The notes under the pieces: model-generated
What the model saw: only the letters and a program-made list of their open reading frames with translations
The model's database searches: none
What the model was told of the DNA's origin: nothing
Shown: positions 1 to 9,175 of the stretch, in pieces
Layout: each line of letters begins with the position of its first letter
How positions within the stretch are numbered: position 1 is the first letter of the stretch
Made by a program: the position numbers and the translations under genes
Virus record (IMG/VR): IMGVR_UViG_3300001528_000208
Coordinates: 40,806 to 104,805 of that record
Origin: a virus
Lineage: Duplodnaviria; Caudoviricetes
Length of the DNA: 64,000 bases
Strand: one strand, 5' to 3'

Positions 1-2
1 AC

Positions 3-1151
3 GAATTTCGATATTATAGGCGTAAAGAAAAGCGTCTTTCGAAAAAGATTAAACGATGCGAAGCTATCGGTGGAATAGATGGTGTATTTACATTTGGCGA
101 TTTATATAAATGCGGCAAAGCGTGCTGTAATGGCGTTCGGTGGAAGCATAGTGTGCAAAATTTCGAAATGCACTTGTTTTCAACTACGGTTAAATCGTTG
201 GCTGACGTAAAGAACGATAAATGGGAAAGCAACGAATATTTCAGATTTGTTTTAACGGAACGTGGTAAAACACGCGATATTGATGCGCCCAAAATTGTTG
301 ACAGGCAAATCCATAAAGCTATTACGCGAAACATTCTTTTGCCGTTATATACACCAATGATGATTTACAATAATGGGGCAAGTCAAAAAGGAAAGGGATT
401 CCACTTTAGCTCAAATGAACTGAAGAAAGATTTGCGTGAACATTTTAGGAAGTATGGTCGTGAAGGTTGGATACTTCTAATTGATTTCAAGAAATTTTTT
501 CCAAACGCAAAACACGCAAATATATACAATAATCATGAAGAATTAATTTTTGATGAAAGATTGCGTAGATTGTGTGATTATGTTGTTGGATTTAACAATA
601 ATTCTGGATTTGGTATGCCGCTTGGCGTAGAACCAAGTCAAGCGGAAATGATTTTCTTCCCATGGAAACTTGATTGCTATTTAACGTGCCAATGTGGATT
701 TAGTGGATGCGGTCACTATATGGATGACTATTATATTATAATACCGCCAACGATGAATCCGCATGATGTTCGTGCGAAAGTATTATCTTTTGCCGAATCG
801 CTTGGAATAAGAGTAAATCGCGATAAATCATACTTCGTTAAACTTACAAAATCGTTCCGATATTGTAAAATACGATATCGACTTACGGATACTGGTGCCG
901 TTAAAACACTTGGTAGTAGACCTGCTTATAGGCGAGCTGCAAGGAAAATTCGTGCATTTAAACGCATGGTGGACGAAGGCAAAATGAAATATGAGGATGT
1001 CTACTGTTCTATGAATTCTATAATATCGTATTTCGATAATTTCGACGACAATAACCGTTCTTTTAGATTGAAACGATTGTTTGTTAAAACGTTTGGATTT
1101 AAATATGACGACCTAATGACATTTAGAAGGAGGGATTTCTATAATGTATAA
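3..1151 (+). CDS. Reverse transcriptase, DGR type (5'-truncated by window edge)
   Basis: Frame open from position 3 (EFRYYRRKEKR...CCNGVRWKHSVQNFE); motifs LLIDFKKFFPN, GMPLGVEPSQ (DGR GxxxSQ signature) and YMDD; located in tail-fibre module. Confidence 0.9.
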   Translation, partial: EFRYYRRKEKRLSKKIKRCEAIGGIDGVFTFGDLYKCGKACCNGVRWKHSVQNFEMHLFSTTVKSLADVKNDKWESNEYFRFVLTERGKTRDIDAPKIVDRQIHKAITRNILLPLYTPMMIYNNGASQKGKGFHFSSNELKKDLREHFRKYGREGWILLIDFKKFFPNAKHANIYNNHEELIFDERLRRLCDYVVGFNNNSGFGMPLGVEPSQAEMIFFPWKLDCYLTCQCGFSGCGHYMDDYYIIIPPTMNPHDVRAKVLSFAESLGIRVNRDKSYFVKLTKSFRYCKIRYRLTDTGAVKTLGSRPAYRRAARKIRAFKRMVDEGKMKYEDVYCSMNSIISYFDNFDDNNRSFRLKRLFVKTFGFKYDDLMTFRRRDFYNV

Positions 1152-1455
1152 GCTGTTTTCTGACGGAAACTTTCTTGGTTATGCGGAAGAACTTAATTAT
1201 ATCAAGCGTAGTTCTAACGGATGTTTTATCCCCGCAAAAAGCGATGATGCTCAGGGCATTGCTTTTAAGTCTATTGCCTACAGTTTTGATGCCGGCAAAC
1301 TGAAGGGGTGTCCCAAGGTTGTTATTTCCGAAGTCGGTATTGATGAAATCAATGAACGCATCACTGCTGCGCGCGCAGACCTTGACTATGTTATGATGAT
1401 GACCGACACGGTTATCCCTGTTGACGAAACTTCTGTCGAGGAGGTGTCTGAATAA
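1144..1455 (+). CDS. Small tail-fibre-associated protein (XkdW-like)
   Basis: C-terminal RADLDYVMMM motif; directly upstream of an XkdX-like gene. Confidence 0.5.
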   Translation: MYKLFSDGNFLGYAEELNYIKRSSNGCFIPAKSDDAQGIAFKSIAYSFDAGKLKGCPKVVISEVGIDEINERITAARADLDYVMMMTDTVIPVDETSVEEVSE

Positions 1456-1598
1456 TGCACAGTCCCAAATTTGAACTTGTTAAGCGTTATTACGACGCTG
1501 GGTACTGGAACAAGGCTATGGTCATCAATGCTACCAAGTTCCCGAAGTCTAATCCGTGGATTACCACAGAAGAAGCTGCCGAAATTCTTGGCGAATAA
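1455..1598 (+). CDS. XkdX-family small protein (not in ORF track)
   Basis: Translates MHSPKFELVKRYYDAGYWNKAMVINATKFPKSNPWITTEEAAEILGE; RYY..G.W and WIT.EE..EI.G pattern; GAGGTG RBS. Confidence 0.8.
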   Translation: MHSPKFELVKRYYDAGYWNKAMVINATKFPKSNPWITTEEAAEILGE

Positions 1599-1615
1599 AT
1601 TTTTAAGGTGATAAT

Positions 1616-1945
1616 ATGAAAGTTTTGGATAATTTTATCTTTTTTAGTGAAGCGACTGCGGCTGGTGAAAGCAATGTTCTTTCCAACCCTAACCTTGGCT
1701 CACAGATTATTGTTCAGGCTGGTGGCACCGCGACCAACTTTGAAGTGCAGATTCTTGGTCAAGCCGACATCAATGCCGATTTTACGCCGCTTTCTTGTAT
1801 CAATATGACAAGCTTCGACGCGGATAGCAAGATTGCTGTTGCTGGCATTTATGCCGTTCCCGCCGATGGAATCTGCAAAATTAAGGCTGAAATTAAGTCC
1901 GTCGCAGGTGGCAATGTGACCGTGTTTGGAAGGCTGGGTGAGTAA
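1616..1945 (+). CDS. Hypothetical virion structural protein
   Basis: Beta-rich 109 aa ORF with RBS in structural operon. Confidence 0.5.
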   Translation: MKVLDNFIFFSEATAAGESNVLSNPNLGSQIIVQAGGTATNFEVQILGQADINADFTPLSCINMTSFDADSKIAVAGIYAVPADGICKIKAEIKSVAGGNVTVFGRLGE

Positions 1946-3133
1946 ATGGCGACTGATAATATAGCGCGCGGTTTAGCCGCGCACGCCCTGTCGGTTGCTG
2001 TTGCTGGCGGTGGCGACCACCCCGTTGAATCCGTAAACGGCAAAACCGGTAAGGTTAATCTTACCGCCGCAGATGTTGGCGCTGAACCCGTTGGTTCCGC
2101 CACTAAGTTCGTCATCAACCTGACCGAAGACGTCGAAAACGGCACTTATGCCGCCGACAAGACGTGGGCGCAGATTAAAGTCGCCTATGAAGGTGGAAAG
2201 GTTTTAGCTGTCCATATTGGAAGTAGCGAGTTGCCCATGATTAACGGACAGATTTCTGATGGCGCCGCTGGGTTCACGTTTGGTTACACCAATATCATTG
2301 CAGATGGAACCGCTGTTCACACGCGCGCAATTCACTACCTGTACACGGATTCTGTAGAAACTTGGGAAGACGCCGACGCAGAAGGCGAATATCTTCCTGT
2401 TTCTGGCGGCACTATGGCGGGCGCACTTCTTCTTGCTGCCGACCCCGTCTCTGATACTGGTGCTGCGACAAAGAAATACGTAGATGACCGTCGCTTCAAA
2501 GTGACATTCCAGCGCGACCCCGTCGCCGGTCTGAATGCCGACCATTCCTTTGCGGACATTTCTGCCGCTGTCACGGACAACAAAAACGTTGTTGCGGTAC
2601 TTGATAACAACGAATATCCGCTGACGTATGAATCTGAAAAGGTTCATGTTGATGGCGTTGCGCCGCTTTATATCGGTTCCACAATCGAAGCGTCTGGCAC
2701 TAATGGTGCGCGTCTGACTGGCACGACATCTGGCGATGCAGCCTTCGTGAAGGCAGACACGCAGGCGGATTACATTCCTGTTTATGTTGGTACGCCGACT
2801 GCGCCTAATCACGCCGTTAATCTGGCGTATCTTGCACAGGAAGTCAAAGACGATTCTGCCACCAAGAATCATGTTTCTGTTGCCAAGAATGCGGCAATCA
2901 CTATTGGGCTGACAGATGGCGTCTATTTTGTTTCCGCCTGTGATAGCATTCATCGCGGTCTTTCCGTGGTCTATATGTGCGGTTCCACTACTACCATTTC
3001 CGGTCTTAGTGGTATGGCTGGCTGGGAGGTTACCAAGGGTGGTGTTGACAACAGCCTTTATATTAACAACAAATCTGACGCAGCTGCACTCGAAGTCTAT
3101 ATTGTTGCTATTGGCGCTGGTTCTGCGTATTAA
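1946..3133 (+). CDS. Tail fibre/spike-like protein
   Basis: VESVNGKTGKVNLTAADVGA and ADPVSDTGAATKKYVD fibre repeat motifs. Confidence 0.7.
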   Translation: MATDNIARGLAAHALSVAVAGGGDHPVESVNGKTGKVNLTAADVGAEPVGSATKFVINLTEDVENGTYAADKTWAQIKVAYEGGKVLAVHIGSSELPMINGQISDGAAGFTFGYTNIIADGTAVHTRAIHYLYTDSVETWEDADAEGEYLPVSGGTMAGALLLAADPVSDTGAATKKYVDDRRFKVTFQRDPVAGLNADHSFADISAAVTDNKNVVAVLDNNEYPLTYESEKVHVDGVAPLYIGSTIEASGTNGARLTGTTSGDAAFVKADTQADYIPVYVGTPTAPNHAVNLAYLAQEVKDDSATKNHVSVAKNAAITIGLTDGVYFVSACDSIHRGLSVVYMCGSTTTISGLSGMAGWEVTKGGVDNSLYINNKSDAAALEVYIVAIGAGSAY

Positions 3134-3145
3134 GGTGGTGGTTAT

Positions 3146-3691
3146 GTGATTACATTTGATAATTGGGTAATCAAGAACGTTGGTTACCCGTTGGCAATGC
3201 AATACGACCACATGACGCGCGAACTGTATATTTCTGGCGACATCCCTGAAGGCTATACATGGGACGTTCTTTGCCGCTACAAGCGTGAATTAAATATCAT
3301 TCGGCTTGAAGCTGTTGATGGCGGCATTTCTACGCTGCTGACGAAACACGACCTTGCGAATAATGGAACTTATATTATTCAGTTGCGTGGCACCAAGGAT
3401 GGAACTGTGCGACACAGCAACGCGATTCAGGTCGAAGTGCCGAAGTCGCTTTCTGGTGATGACCAGTGGCCCCTTGTCCCAAGCGAATTTTCGCAGATGG
3501 AAGCGCGCATTAACGCGATTGCCAAAGAATCGGACGACTTGAACAACCATCCACCTAAGCCAGACCCGACTGGCTATTGGGATATTTGGAATCCCGAAAA
3601 GCAGGAATACGAACTTAGCGATATTCCCGTATCAAACGTTTCACCCATTTCCTACGACATCATTAGCGGCGGTGGCGCTGCGATTGATTAA
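3146..3691 (+). CDS. Baseplate/fibre-associated structural protein (BppU-like N-terminus)
   Basis: Context and QYDHMTREL...G.Y.IQLRG pattern. Confidence 0.4.
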   Translation: MITFDNWVIKNVGYPLAMQYDHMTRELYISGDIPEGYTWDVLCRYKRELNIIRLEAVDGGISTLLTKHDLANNGTYIIQLRGTKDGTVRHSNAIQVEVPKSLSGDDQWPLVPSEFSQMEARINAIAKESDDLNNHPPKPDPTGYWDIWNPEKQEYELSDIPVSNVSPISYDIISGGGAAID

Positions 3692-3710
3692 ACTATGATG
3701 GAGGTATAAT

Positions 3711-4766
3711 ATGGCAGACAAAGTTTTGAATGTCAGAATTCAACTTCGTCACGACACAGAAGCAAATTGGACTACGGTTGACCCCGTGCTTCTGGCTGGC
3801 GAAGCTGCTGTGACCCTTGATGGCGACAACAAGGGGAGAATTAAGATTGGCGACGGCACTTCCAAGTGGAGTGCGCTTGACTATCTTGGCGGCGAGGACA
3901 CCTTGCTCGCTAAGAGTGTTATGTTCGATAGCGACATGGTGTTCACCGAACAGTTTGGTAAGTATAAGCCGACTGGCGGCAAGGTCACTATCCCGTCCAA
4001 CAACAAGTCCCTGTATGAAGTTCTTATTGACGCTTATTCCGAAGATAAGAACCCGACCATTACCCAGCCCAGCATGACCATCTCCAGTTCTACTGCGAAG
4101 GCATACGAAGTTGGCACGAATGTTACGCCCGCTTATTCCAGTTCCTTCAACGCTGGTAGCTACGAATATGGCCCCAATCCGACTGGCGTTACCGCCACGA
4201 CCTATGCGGCGTCTAACAATAAGACGGATGAAACTGCCAGCACCGCAAGTGGTACGTTTGCCGAGTATCAGGTTGTCGATGGTTCCAACTACAACATCAC
4301 GCTTGCTATCACCTATGGCGACGGTGCTGTTCCCAAGACTGCACTTGGCGCCAATTATGATGCAGGCAAAATTGTCGGCAAGACTATCAGCAAGACCAGT
4401 TCCAACATCAGTGGCTATCGTAACAGCTTCTATGGCACGACCACCGATGTTGCTGCTGAAACTACCAGCGACGTTATTCGTGGTCTTTCTCAGAAGTCTA
4501 ACAAGGCGCTTGCTAATGGTAACACCTTTACCGTCAACATTCCCGTTGGTGCCCAGCGTGTTATTATTGCGTATCCCGCGACCCTGCGTGCTGTGACTTC
4601 CATTAAGGACGTTAACGGTCTGAATGCTGATATTACTTCCGCGTTTGCTTCTTCCACCGTTTCTGTTGCCGGCGCTAATGGCTATAGTCCGATTGAATAT
4701 CGCGTCTATACGCAGGACTATGCAAAGCCCAACGATACGGCTAACACCTATTCGGTGACTATCTAA
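3711..4766 (+). CDS. Mtd_N (hyaluronidase N-terminal-like) domain fibre protein
   Basis: RIQLRHDTEANW..DPVLLAGE...KIGDG..KWSAL.Y; Thr/Ser-rich beta body. Confidence 0.75.
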   Translation: MADKVLNVRIQLRHDTEANWTTVDPVLLAGEAAVTLDGDNKGRIKIGDGTSKWSALDYLGGEDTLLAKSVMFDSDMVFTEQFGKYKPTGGKVTIPSNNKSLYEVLIDAYSEDKNPTITQPSMTISSSTAKAYEVGTNVTPAYSSSFNAGSYEYGPNPTGVTATTYAASNNKTDETASTASGTFAEYQVVDGSNYNITLAITYGDGAVPKTALGANYDAGKIVGKTISKTSSNISGYRNSFYGTTTDVAAETTSDVIRGLSQKSNKALANGNTFTVNIPVGAQRVIIAYPATLRAVTSIKDVNGLNADITSAFASSTVSVAGANGYSPIEYRVYTQDYAKPNDTANTYSVTI

Positions 4767-4785
4767 GGAAGGGAGGACATATATA

Positions 4786-5199
4786 ATGGCTATTTCTAAT
4801 CTGCCCAAGCTTAACTTTAGTGTGCCGTTTGCAATGACTGCGGCACTTCCGCTTGAGTACAATGCGTATTTCGACAGCTATGATTCCGCTGTTGCCGCCG
4901 CCGCCACTGCGGACGTCCCCGGCAGCACTACTACGGTCTACTACTACGGTCAGAAGATTGTTGTTGTTGGCGAAACTTCTGCCGACCTGTACATCATTCA
5001 GCCCGACAAGACGCTGAAGGCCGCTGGTACTATTCCCATTGCGACCGATACGCTTCTTGGTGTTGTGAAGAGTTCCGCTGAAATCAATAAGATTGCCGTT
5101 GGCGCCGATGGCGTTATGTCCGTCAATACTATTTCCACCGATAAGCTTGAACAGGGTTCTGACACCATTGTTTGGAACGGTGGCGGCGCTTCCGTTTAA
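4786..5199 (+). CDS. Structural fibre-associated protein
   Basis: PIATDTLLGVVKSS...DGVMSV motif common in fibre proteins. Confidence 0.55.
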   Translation: MAISNLPKLNFSVPFAMTAALPLEYNAYFDSYDSAVAAAATADVPGSTTTVYYYGQKIVVVGETSADLYIIQPDKTLKAAGTIPIATDTLLGVVKSSAEINKIAVGADGVMSVNTISTDKLEQGSDTIVWNGGGASV

Positions 5200-5215
5200 T
5201 TGGAGGTAAACAAAC

Positions 5216-6004
5216 ATGGCTACTAAGAATTTTAATGCACGTATTTCGCTGAAGTACGACAGTTATGCAAATTGGCTTGCTAACGACCCTGTTCTTCTGG
5301 TGGGTGAAGTTGCTATTGCGACTATCCCCACCAAAAAGGATGGCATTGAGCAGGTTCCCGCCGTCATTATGAAGGTCGGCGATGGTACCAGCAAGTATAG
5401 CGAACTGTCGTTCGTCAGCGGTCTTGCTGCTGACATCTATGACTGGGCGAAGGCTGCTACGAAGCCCAGCTACACCGCCGACGAAATCAGCGGTCTTGAC
5501 ACCTATATTTCCGGTCAGATTCAGGACACTAATACCCAGTATCAGATTGTTGTTGACCAGACTAACCCGCGCAAGTTCCAGCTTCAGTCCCACGAAAAGG
5601 GCGTAACTGAATGGACTAATGTTGGCGACCCGATTGAGATTCCTGCCAGCACGCTGGTGACCGGTGACGATAACGGTACTGTTAAGTTCAATGGTACCGA
5701 TGTCGCTGTCAAGGGTCTTGGTTCTGCCGCTTATGCCAATACCGGCGCGTTTGATGCTGCCGGTGCCGCCGCCGACGTTCTTGGTAGTGATGCCGACACT
5801 GCTGGCGATGCTACCGTCTATGGTGCGAACAAGGCTGCTGCTGCTGCGCAGGCTAAGGCGGATACCAACGCTACTGAAATAGCCAAGAAGATTGACGCGA
5901 CTTCTGTCAGCGCCATTGGTAAGTCTGGCAACATCAATGATGCAATCCAGTCTACTGGCGACTACATCATCTTCAACTGCGGCACTTCTGACACTGTTAT
6001 CTGA
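5216..6004 (+). CDS. Mtd_N domain fibre protein
   Basis: ARISLKYDSYANW..NDPVLLVGE...KVGDGTSKYSEL. Confidence 0.75.
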   Translation: MATKNFNARISLKYDSYANWLANDPVLLVGEVAIATIPTKKDGIEQVPAVIMKVGDGTSKYSELSFVSGLAADIYDWAKAATKPSYTADEISGLDTYISGQIQDTNTQYQIVVDQTNPRKFQLQSHEKGVTEWTNVGDPIEIPASTLVTGDDNGTVKFNGTDVAVKGLGSAAYANTGAFDAAGAAADVLGSDADTAGDATVYGANKAAAAAQAKADTNATEIAKKIDATSVSAIGKSGNINDAIQSTGDYIIFNCGTSDTVI

Positions 6005-6016
6005 TTTTAACGGAAA

Positions 6017-6040
6017 GGGCGTCGTCGCTTGATGGCGCCC
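6017..6040 (+). terminator. GC-rich hairpin, probable terminator or processing site
   Basis: gggcgtcgtc-gctt-gatggcgccc. Confidence 0.5.
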
Positions 6041-6065
6041 TATTCCAAAGAAAGGAAGGGCTGTT

Positions 6066-6344
6066 ATGGCTACAAAAACCTATAACGCTCGCGTTCAAAA
6101 TAAGCGCGACACAAGCGCAAACTGGACTAAAAATGACCCAGTTCTTTTAGATGGTGAAATCATTATTGTTGATACGTCCGCAGGTGAAGTTCGGTATAAG
6201 GTTGGCGACGGAACAAAGAAATATTCGAAACTTCCGTTCACCGATGAAGTCATGCTGACCCTTATTTCCAGCAAGGCCGACGCCGTTCCCTATTCGCTTG
6301 TCAAGAATAGTGACAATAGTTTAAGTCTTGTTTGGGAGGAATAA
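6066..6344 (+). CDS. Stand-alone Mtd_N domain protein
   Basis: ARVQNKRDTSANWTKNDPVLLDGE...KVGDGTKKYSKLPF. Confidence 0.75.
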   Translation: MATKTYNARVQNKRDTSANWTKNDPVLLDGEIIIVDTSAGEVRYKVGDGTKKYSKLPFTDEVMLTLISSKADAVPYSLVKNSDNSLSLVWEE

Positions 6345-6347
6345 CAA

Positions 6348-6704
6348 ATGGCAACAACTACTATTGATTTGCTTAAGAATTCATCTTTCGAAGCGAAGAT
6401 GGATTTGCTGATTACTGCGCTTTCTGGTGGCGGTAGCAGCGGTGTTCCGAATGGCGCTATCATTATGTGGTCTGGTTCTGTTGCGACCATTCCCGATGGT
6501 TTTTCGCTGTGTAATGGTGAAAATGGAACGCCAGACCTTCGAAACCGATTTGTGATTGGTGCTGGCGGTTCTTACGCCGTTGGCGCAACTGGTGGCGGTT
6601 CTGCGACTACTTCGGTCGGCGATGTTGTTGCTGGCCCACAGGCGACCGTATCGACTTCCGCGCTTCCGCCGTACTACGCGCTTTGTTATATCATGAAGAC
6701 TTGA
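6348..6704 (+). CDS. Tail collar-like / short tail fibre domain protein
   Basis: VPNGAIIMWSG..IPDGFSLCNGENGTPDLRNRFVIGAG...LPPYYALCYIMK. Confidence 0.8.
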   Translation: MATTTIDLLKNSSFEAKMDLLITALSGGGSSGVPNGAIIMWSGSVATIPDGFSLCNGENGTPDLRNRFVIGAGGSYAVGATGGGSATTSVGDVVAGPQATVSTSALPPYYALCYIMKT

Positions 6705-6729
6705 CAAATGTTCAAGTCTGTGCTATAAT
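6701..6729 (+). promoter_or_regulatory. Consensus sigma-A promoter (one of ~27 similar)
   Basis: TTGACA-17 bp-TATAAT with extended TG. Confidence 0.85.
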
Positions 6730-6781
6730 ACAAACAATAGTGGTAGTCCACTGAAATTATATTTTGAAGGAGATTCTAAAC

Positions 6782-7264
6782 ATGGCTATTCTTACTCGTA
6801 TTGCTTCTGATGGTATGCCCATCGAAATGACTGACTGCACGATGGACAAGTCCCATACCAAGCTTGCCGTCATTGCGCCCACCTATAAGCGTTATCCCGA
6901 GCGCGCTGGCAAGACCATCACGGTTGACCCTTGCTGGGAAATTACCTATGACGACCGTGGCTACTTCGCTTCCATGAAGAACACTGCTGGCAAGGTTGCT
7001 GCGCCCAGACATAACTTCGCGTTTGTCAACGAAGCTGCTGGCGATGTTCAGGTTCCTGGCATGGGCACCTATTACAAGGATTGCACCGCGTCTTCCGACG
7101 ACGGCATCCTGTTCACCATCTATGATGGCGCGACCAACTTCGTCTGTCTGGCGAATGTCGTCACCAAGGAGGTCATTCCCAATGTTGGCGACCCCAGCGA
7201 CAAGAAGCACGTCGAATATATGTCTTCCTATGGCGAGGCATTCCTGAAGGCTTATCTGCACTAA
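6782..7264 (+). CDS. Moron-like hypothetical protein with own promoter and terminator
   Basis: AAGGAG RBS before ATG 6782; strong codon bias; flanked by promoter 6701 and terminator 7283. Confidence 0.75.
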   Translation: MAILTRIASDGMPIEMTDCTMDKSHTKLAVIAPTYKRYPERAGKTITVDPCWEITYDDRGYFASMKNTAGKVAAPRHNFAFVNEAAGDVQVPGMGTYYKDCTASSDDGILFTIYDGATNFVCLANVVTKEVIPNVGDPSDKKHVEYMSSYGEAFLKAYLH

Positions 7265-7282
7265 GGGTTAGACCAAAGTTCA

Positions 7283-7311
7283 AAAGAGGGGCGGTTCTTC
7301 CGCCCCTCTTT
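7283..7311 (+). terminator. Intrinsic terminator
   Basis: aaagaggggcgg-ttctt-ccgcccctcttt. Confidence 0.8.
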
Positions 7312-7330
7312 CTTATTTAGGAGGGTTCCC

Positions 7331-7618
7331 ATGAAGATTTCTACTATGAAAAAGTGGGGCATCCTGTCATGGGGTCTCACTATTATTATTTCTGCAATCA
7401 CCATGTATTCCGTGTTTAGCGGGAACGGCGATGCCAACATTCTGATGCAGATTTGCGCCCTTGCATGGGCTGACACTGGTGTGTTCACTGGCGCCTATGC
7501 GTTCAAAGAACGTGCAGAAAACAAGAAAAAGATTGCCGTTGGCATGGTAAAAGACTTGTCTGCTGAATACGGCATCGAAAACGTTGCGCCGCTGGTTCAG
7601 GCGATTATTCAGGATTAA
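7331..7618 (+). CDS. Two-TM membrane protein, holin-like
   Basis: Two hydrophobic segments; directly upstream of endolysin. Confidence 0.55.
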   Translation: MKISTMKKWGILSWGLTIIISAITMYSVFSGNGDANILMQICALAWADTGVFTGAYAFKERAENKKKIAVGMVKDLSAEYGIENVAPLVQAIIQD

Positions 7619-7627
7619 GGTGATGTC

Positions 7628-8341
7628 ATGGCGACAAAAGCTGAAATCGAAAAAGTAATCGCAACCGGTATGAAATATATCGGTACCACCAGCAAGAACA
7701 ACAATGTAATTTTTAATACGGAATATTACGGGCGCGAAGTTTCTGGCGCGGACTATGCGTGGTGCGTTGTGTTCCAGTGGTATATTTTTCGCGAAGCTGG
7801 GCTGGCGAAGCATTTCTTTAATGGCGCGAAAGTTGCTGGTTGTTCCGCCGCGCGTAAATATCATGAAGCTGTTGGTCAGGTGGTCTATGGCGACTATCAG
7901 CGCGGCGACCTTCTGCTGTTTGATTTTGACGGCAAGAAGAAGCGCACGCAGCATATCGGCATCTGCCTTGAAAATAACGGCAAGACTGTGAAATCGCTTG
8001 ATGGCAATACCAGCAGCAAAAGCGAAGATAACGGCGGAACGGTCAATATTCGCGAACGCGCCTTGAAGTATGTAACGTGCGCCATTCGCTGGTGGAAGGC
8101 GACGCCGTCGCGCACTTATGTTTCTACGTTTGCGCCAATCTTGAAGAACGGTGACGTAGGATACCCCGTAGACGTCCTACAGTACGCCCTGAAGGCGCGT
8201 GGCTACTATTCCGATAACTTAGACGGGTCTTTTGGAAACAACACTGTGGCGGCTGTGAAGGCGCTACAGAAGGCTTCTAAAATCGCGCAGACGGGCAAGA
8301 TGGATAAGAATACGTGGGAAAAATTATTGCGGGGTGATTAA
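7628..8341 (+). CDS. Endolysin, CHAP domain plus peptidoglycan-binding domain
   Basis: AWCVVF (catalytic Cys), QHIGI (His), DGNTS; C-terminal LDGSFGNNTVAAVKALQ. Confidence 0.88.
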   Translation: MATKAEIEKVIATGMKYIGTTSKNNNVIFNTEYYGREVSGADYAWCVVFQWYIFREAGLAKHFFNGAKVAGCSAARKYHEAVGQVVYGDYQRGDLLLFDFDGKKKRTQHIGICLENNGKTVKSLDGNTSSKSEDNGGTVNIRERALKYVTCAIRWWKATPSRTYVSTFAPILKNGDVGYPVDVLQYALKARGYYSDNLDGSFGNNTVAAVKALQKASKIAQTGKMDKNTWEKLLRGD

Positions 8342-8731
8342 ATGCTATCTATTATTATCGAAAATTTAGAACTGGTTGGCATTGCAATGGGGTTGTTCGT
8401 CGGTTCTGTTGCTGCCAACACGCTTCTTGGCTTATATAACAACATCAAGATTCTGATGCAGCCGTTTGATAAACAGCGTCTGATTGATACGGGGCTGAAA
8501 ACCGGCTGTCTTGTCGTCAGCATTATTCTGATGGTTTTGGTTGTCACGGTGATGCCCGTGTTCTGCAACAATGTTGGGTTCCCGATTCCTGACGAATACA
8601 TTGATGTTTTCAGCAATCTGACGATTATTGGCGCGGCTGTTATTCCGTCTTGTAAGTATCTGAAGGATGCTTATAACAAGCTGTGTAACATTTTCAACAA
8701 TATGAATAAAGCCTTGGCAAATCAGGCGTAA
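8342..8731 (+). CDS. Holin (three TM)
   Basis: Three hydrophobic helices after endolysin. Confidence 0.7.
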   Translation: MLSIIIENLELVGIAMGLFVGSVAANTLLGLYNNIKILMQPFDKQRLIDTGLKTGCLVVSIILMVLVVTVMPVFCNNVGFPIPDEYIDVFSNLTIIGAAVIPSCKYLKDAYNKLCNIFNNMNKALANQA

Positions 8732-8743
8732 GGAGGTATAATC

Positions 8744-9163
8744 ATGGCATATACGAAAACTGTATGGGTGAACAATCAGGCGCCTGCAATCAATGCGGAC
8801 AATCTGAACAAGATTGAACAGGGAATTTATGACACGGACGCGGGCGTTACCGCTGCGAATGGCAGAATTGACACGACCAATAGTAACGTGACGGCGCTGA
8901 CCACCGAAGTCGGCAAGAAGACCGTTAGTTACGCTATTCAGGTAACACTGACGTCGGCTGGTTGGTCTGGTGGTGCGCAGACGGTTAGCGCGGCGCACGT
9001 CACGGCGACGAATTCTGTTGTTGTGTCGCCGATTCCCGCTCATCAGGACGCTTATAGCACTGCGGGTATTCTTTGCACGGAACAGGCGGCTGGAACGTTG
9101 AAATTTACCTGCACTTCTGACCCGACTGCGAATATCACCGTCAACGTTTATATTGCTGAATAA
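8744..9163 (+). CDS. Tail fibre protein (short)
   Basis: YTKTVWVN..PAINADNLNKIEQGI N-terminal motif, coiled coil, beta C-terminus. Confidence 0.7.
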   Translation: MAYTKTVWVNNQAPAINADNLNKIEQGIYDTDAGVTAANGRIDTTNSNVTALTTEVGKKTVSYAIQVTLTSAGWSGGAQTVSAAHVTATNSVVVSPIPAHQDAYSTAGILCTEQAAGTLKFTCTSDPTANITVNVYIAE

Positions 9164-9175
9164 GGCGGTGGTCAT

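Noticed and set aside
3-1151. Group II intron or retron RT
   Set aside because: GxxxSQ motif, short length, no maturase/endonuclease domain or VTG motif, and tail-gene context fit a DGR.
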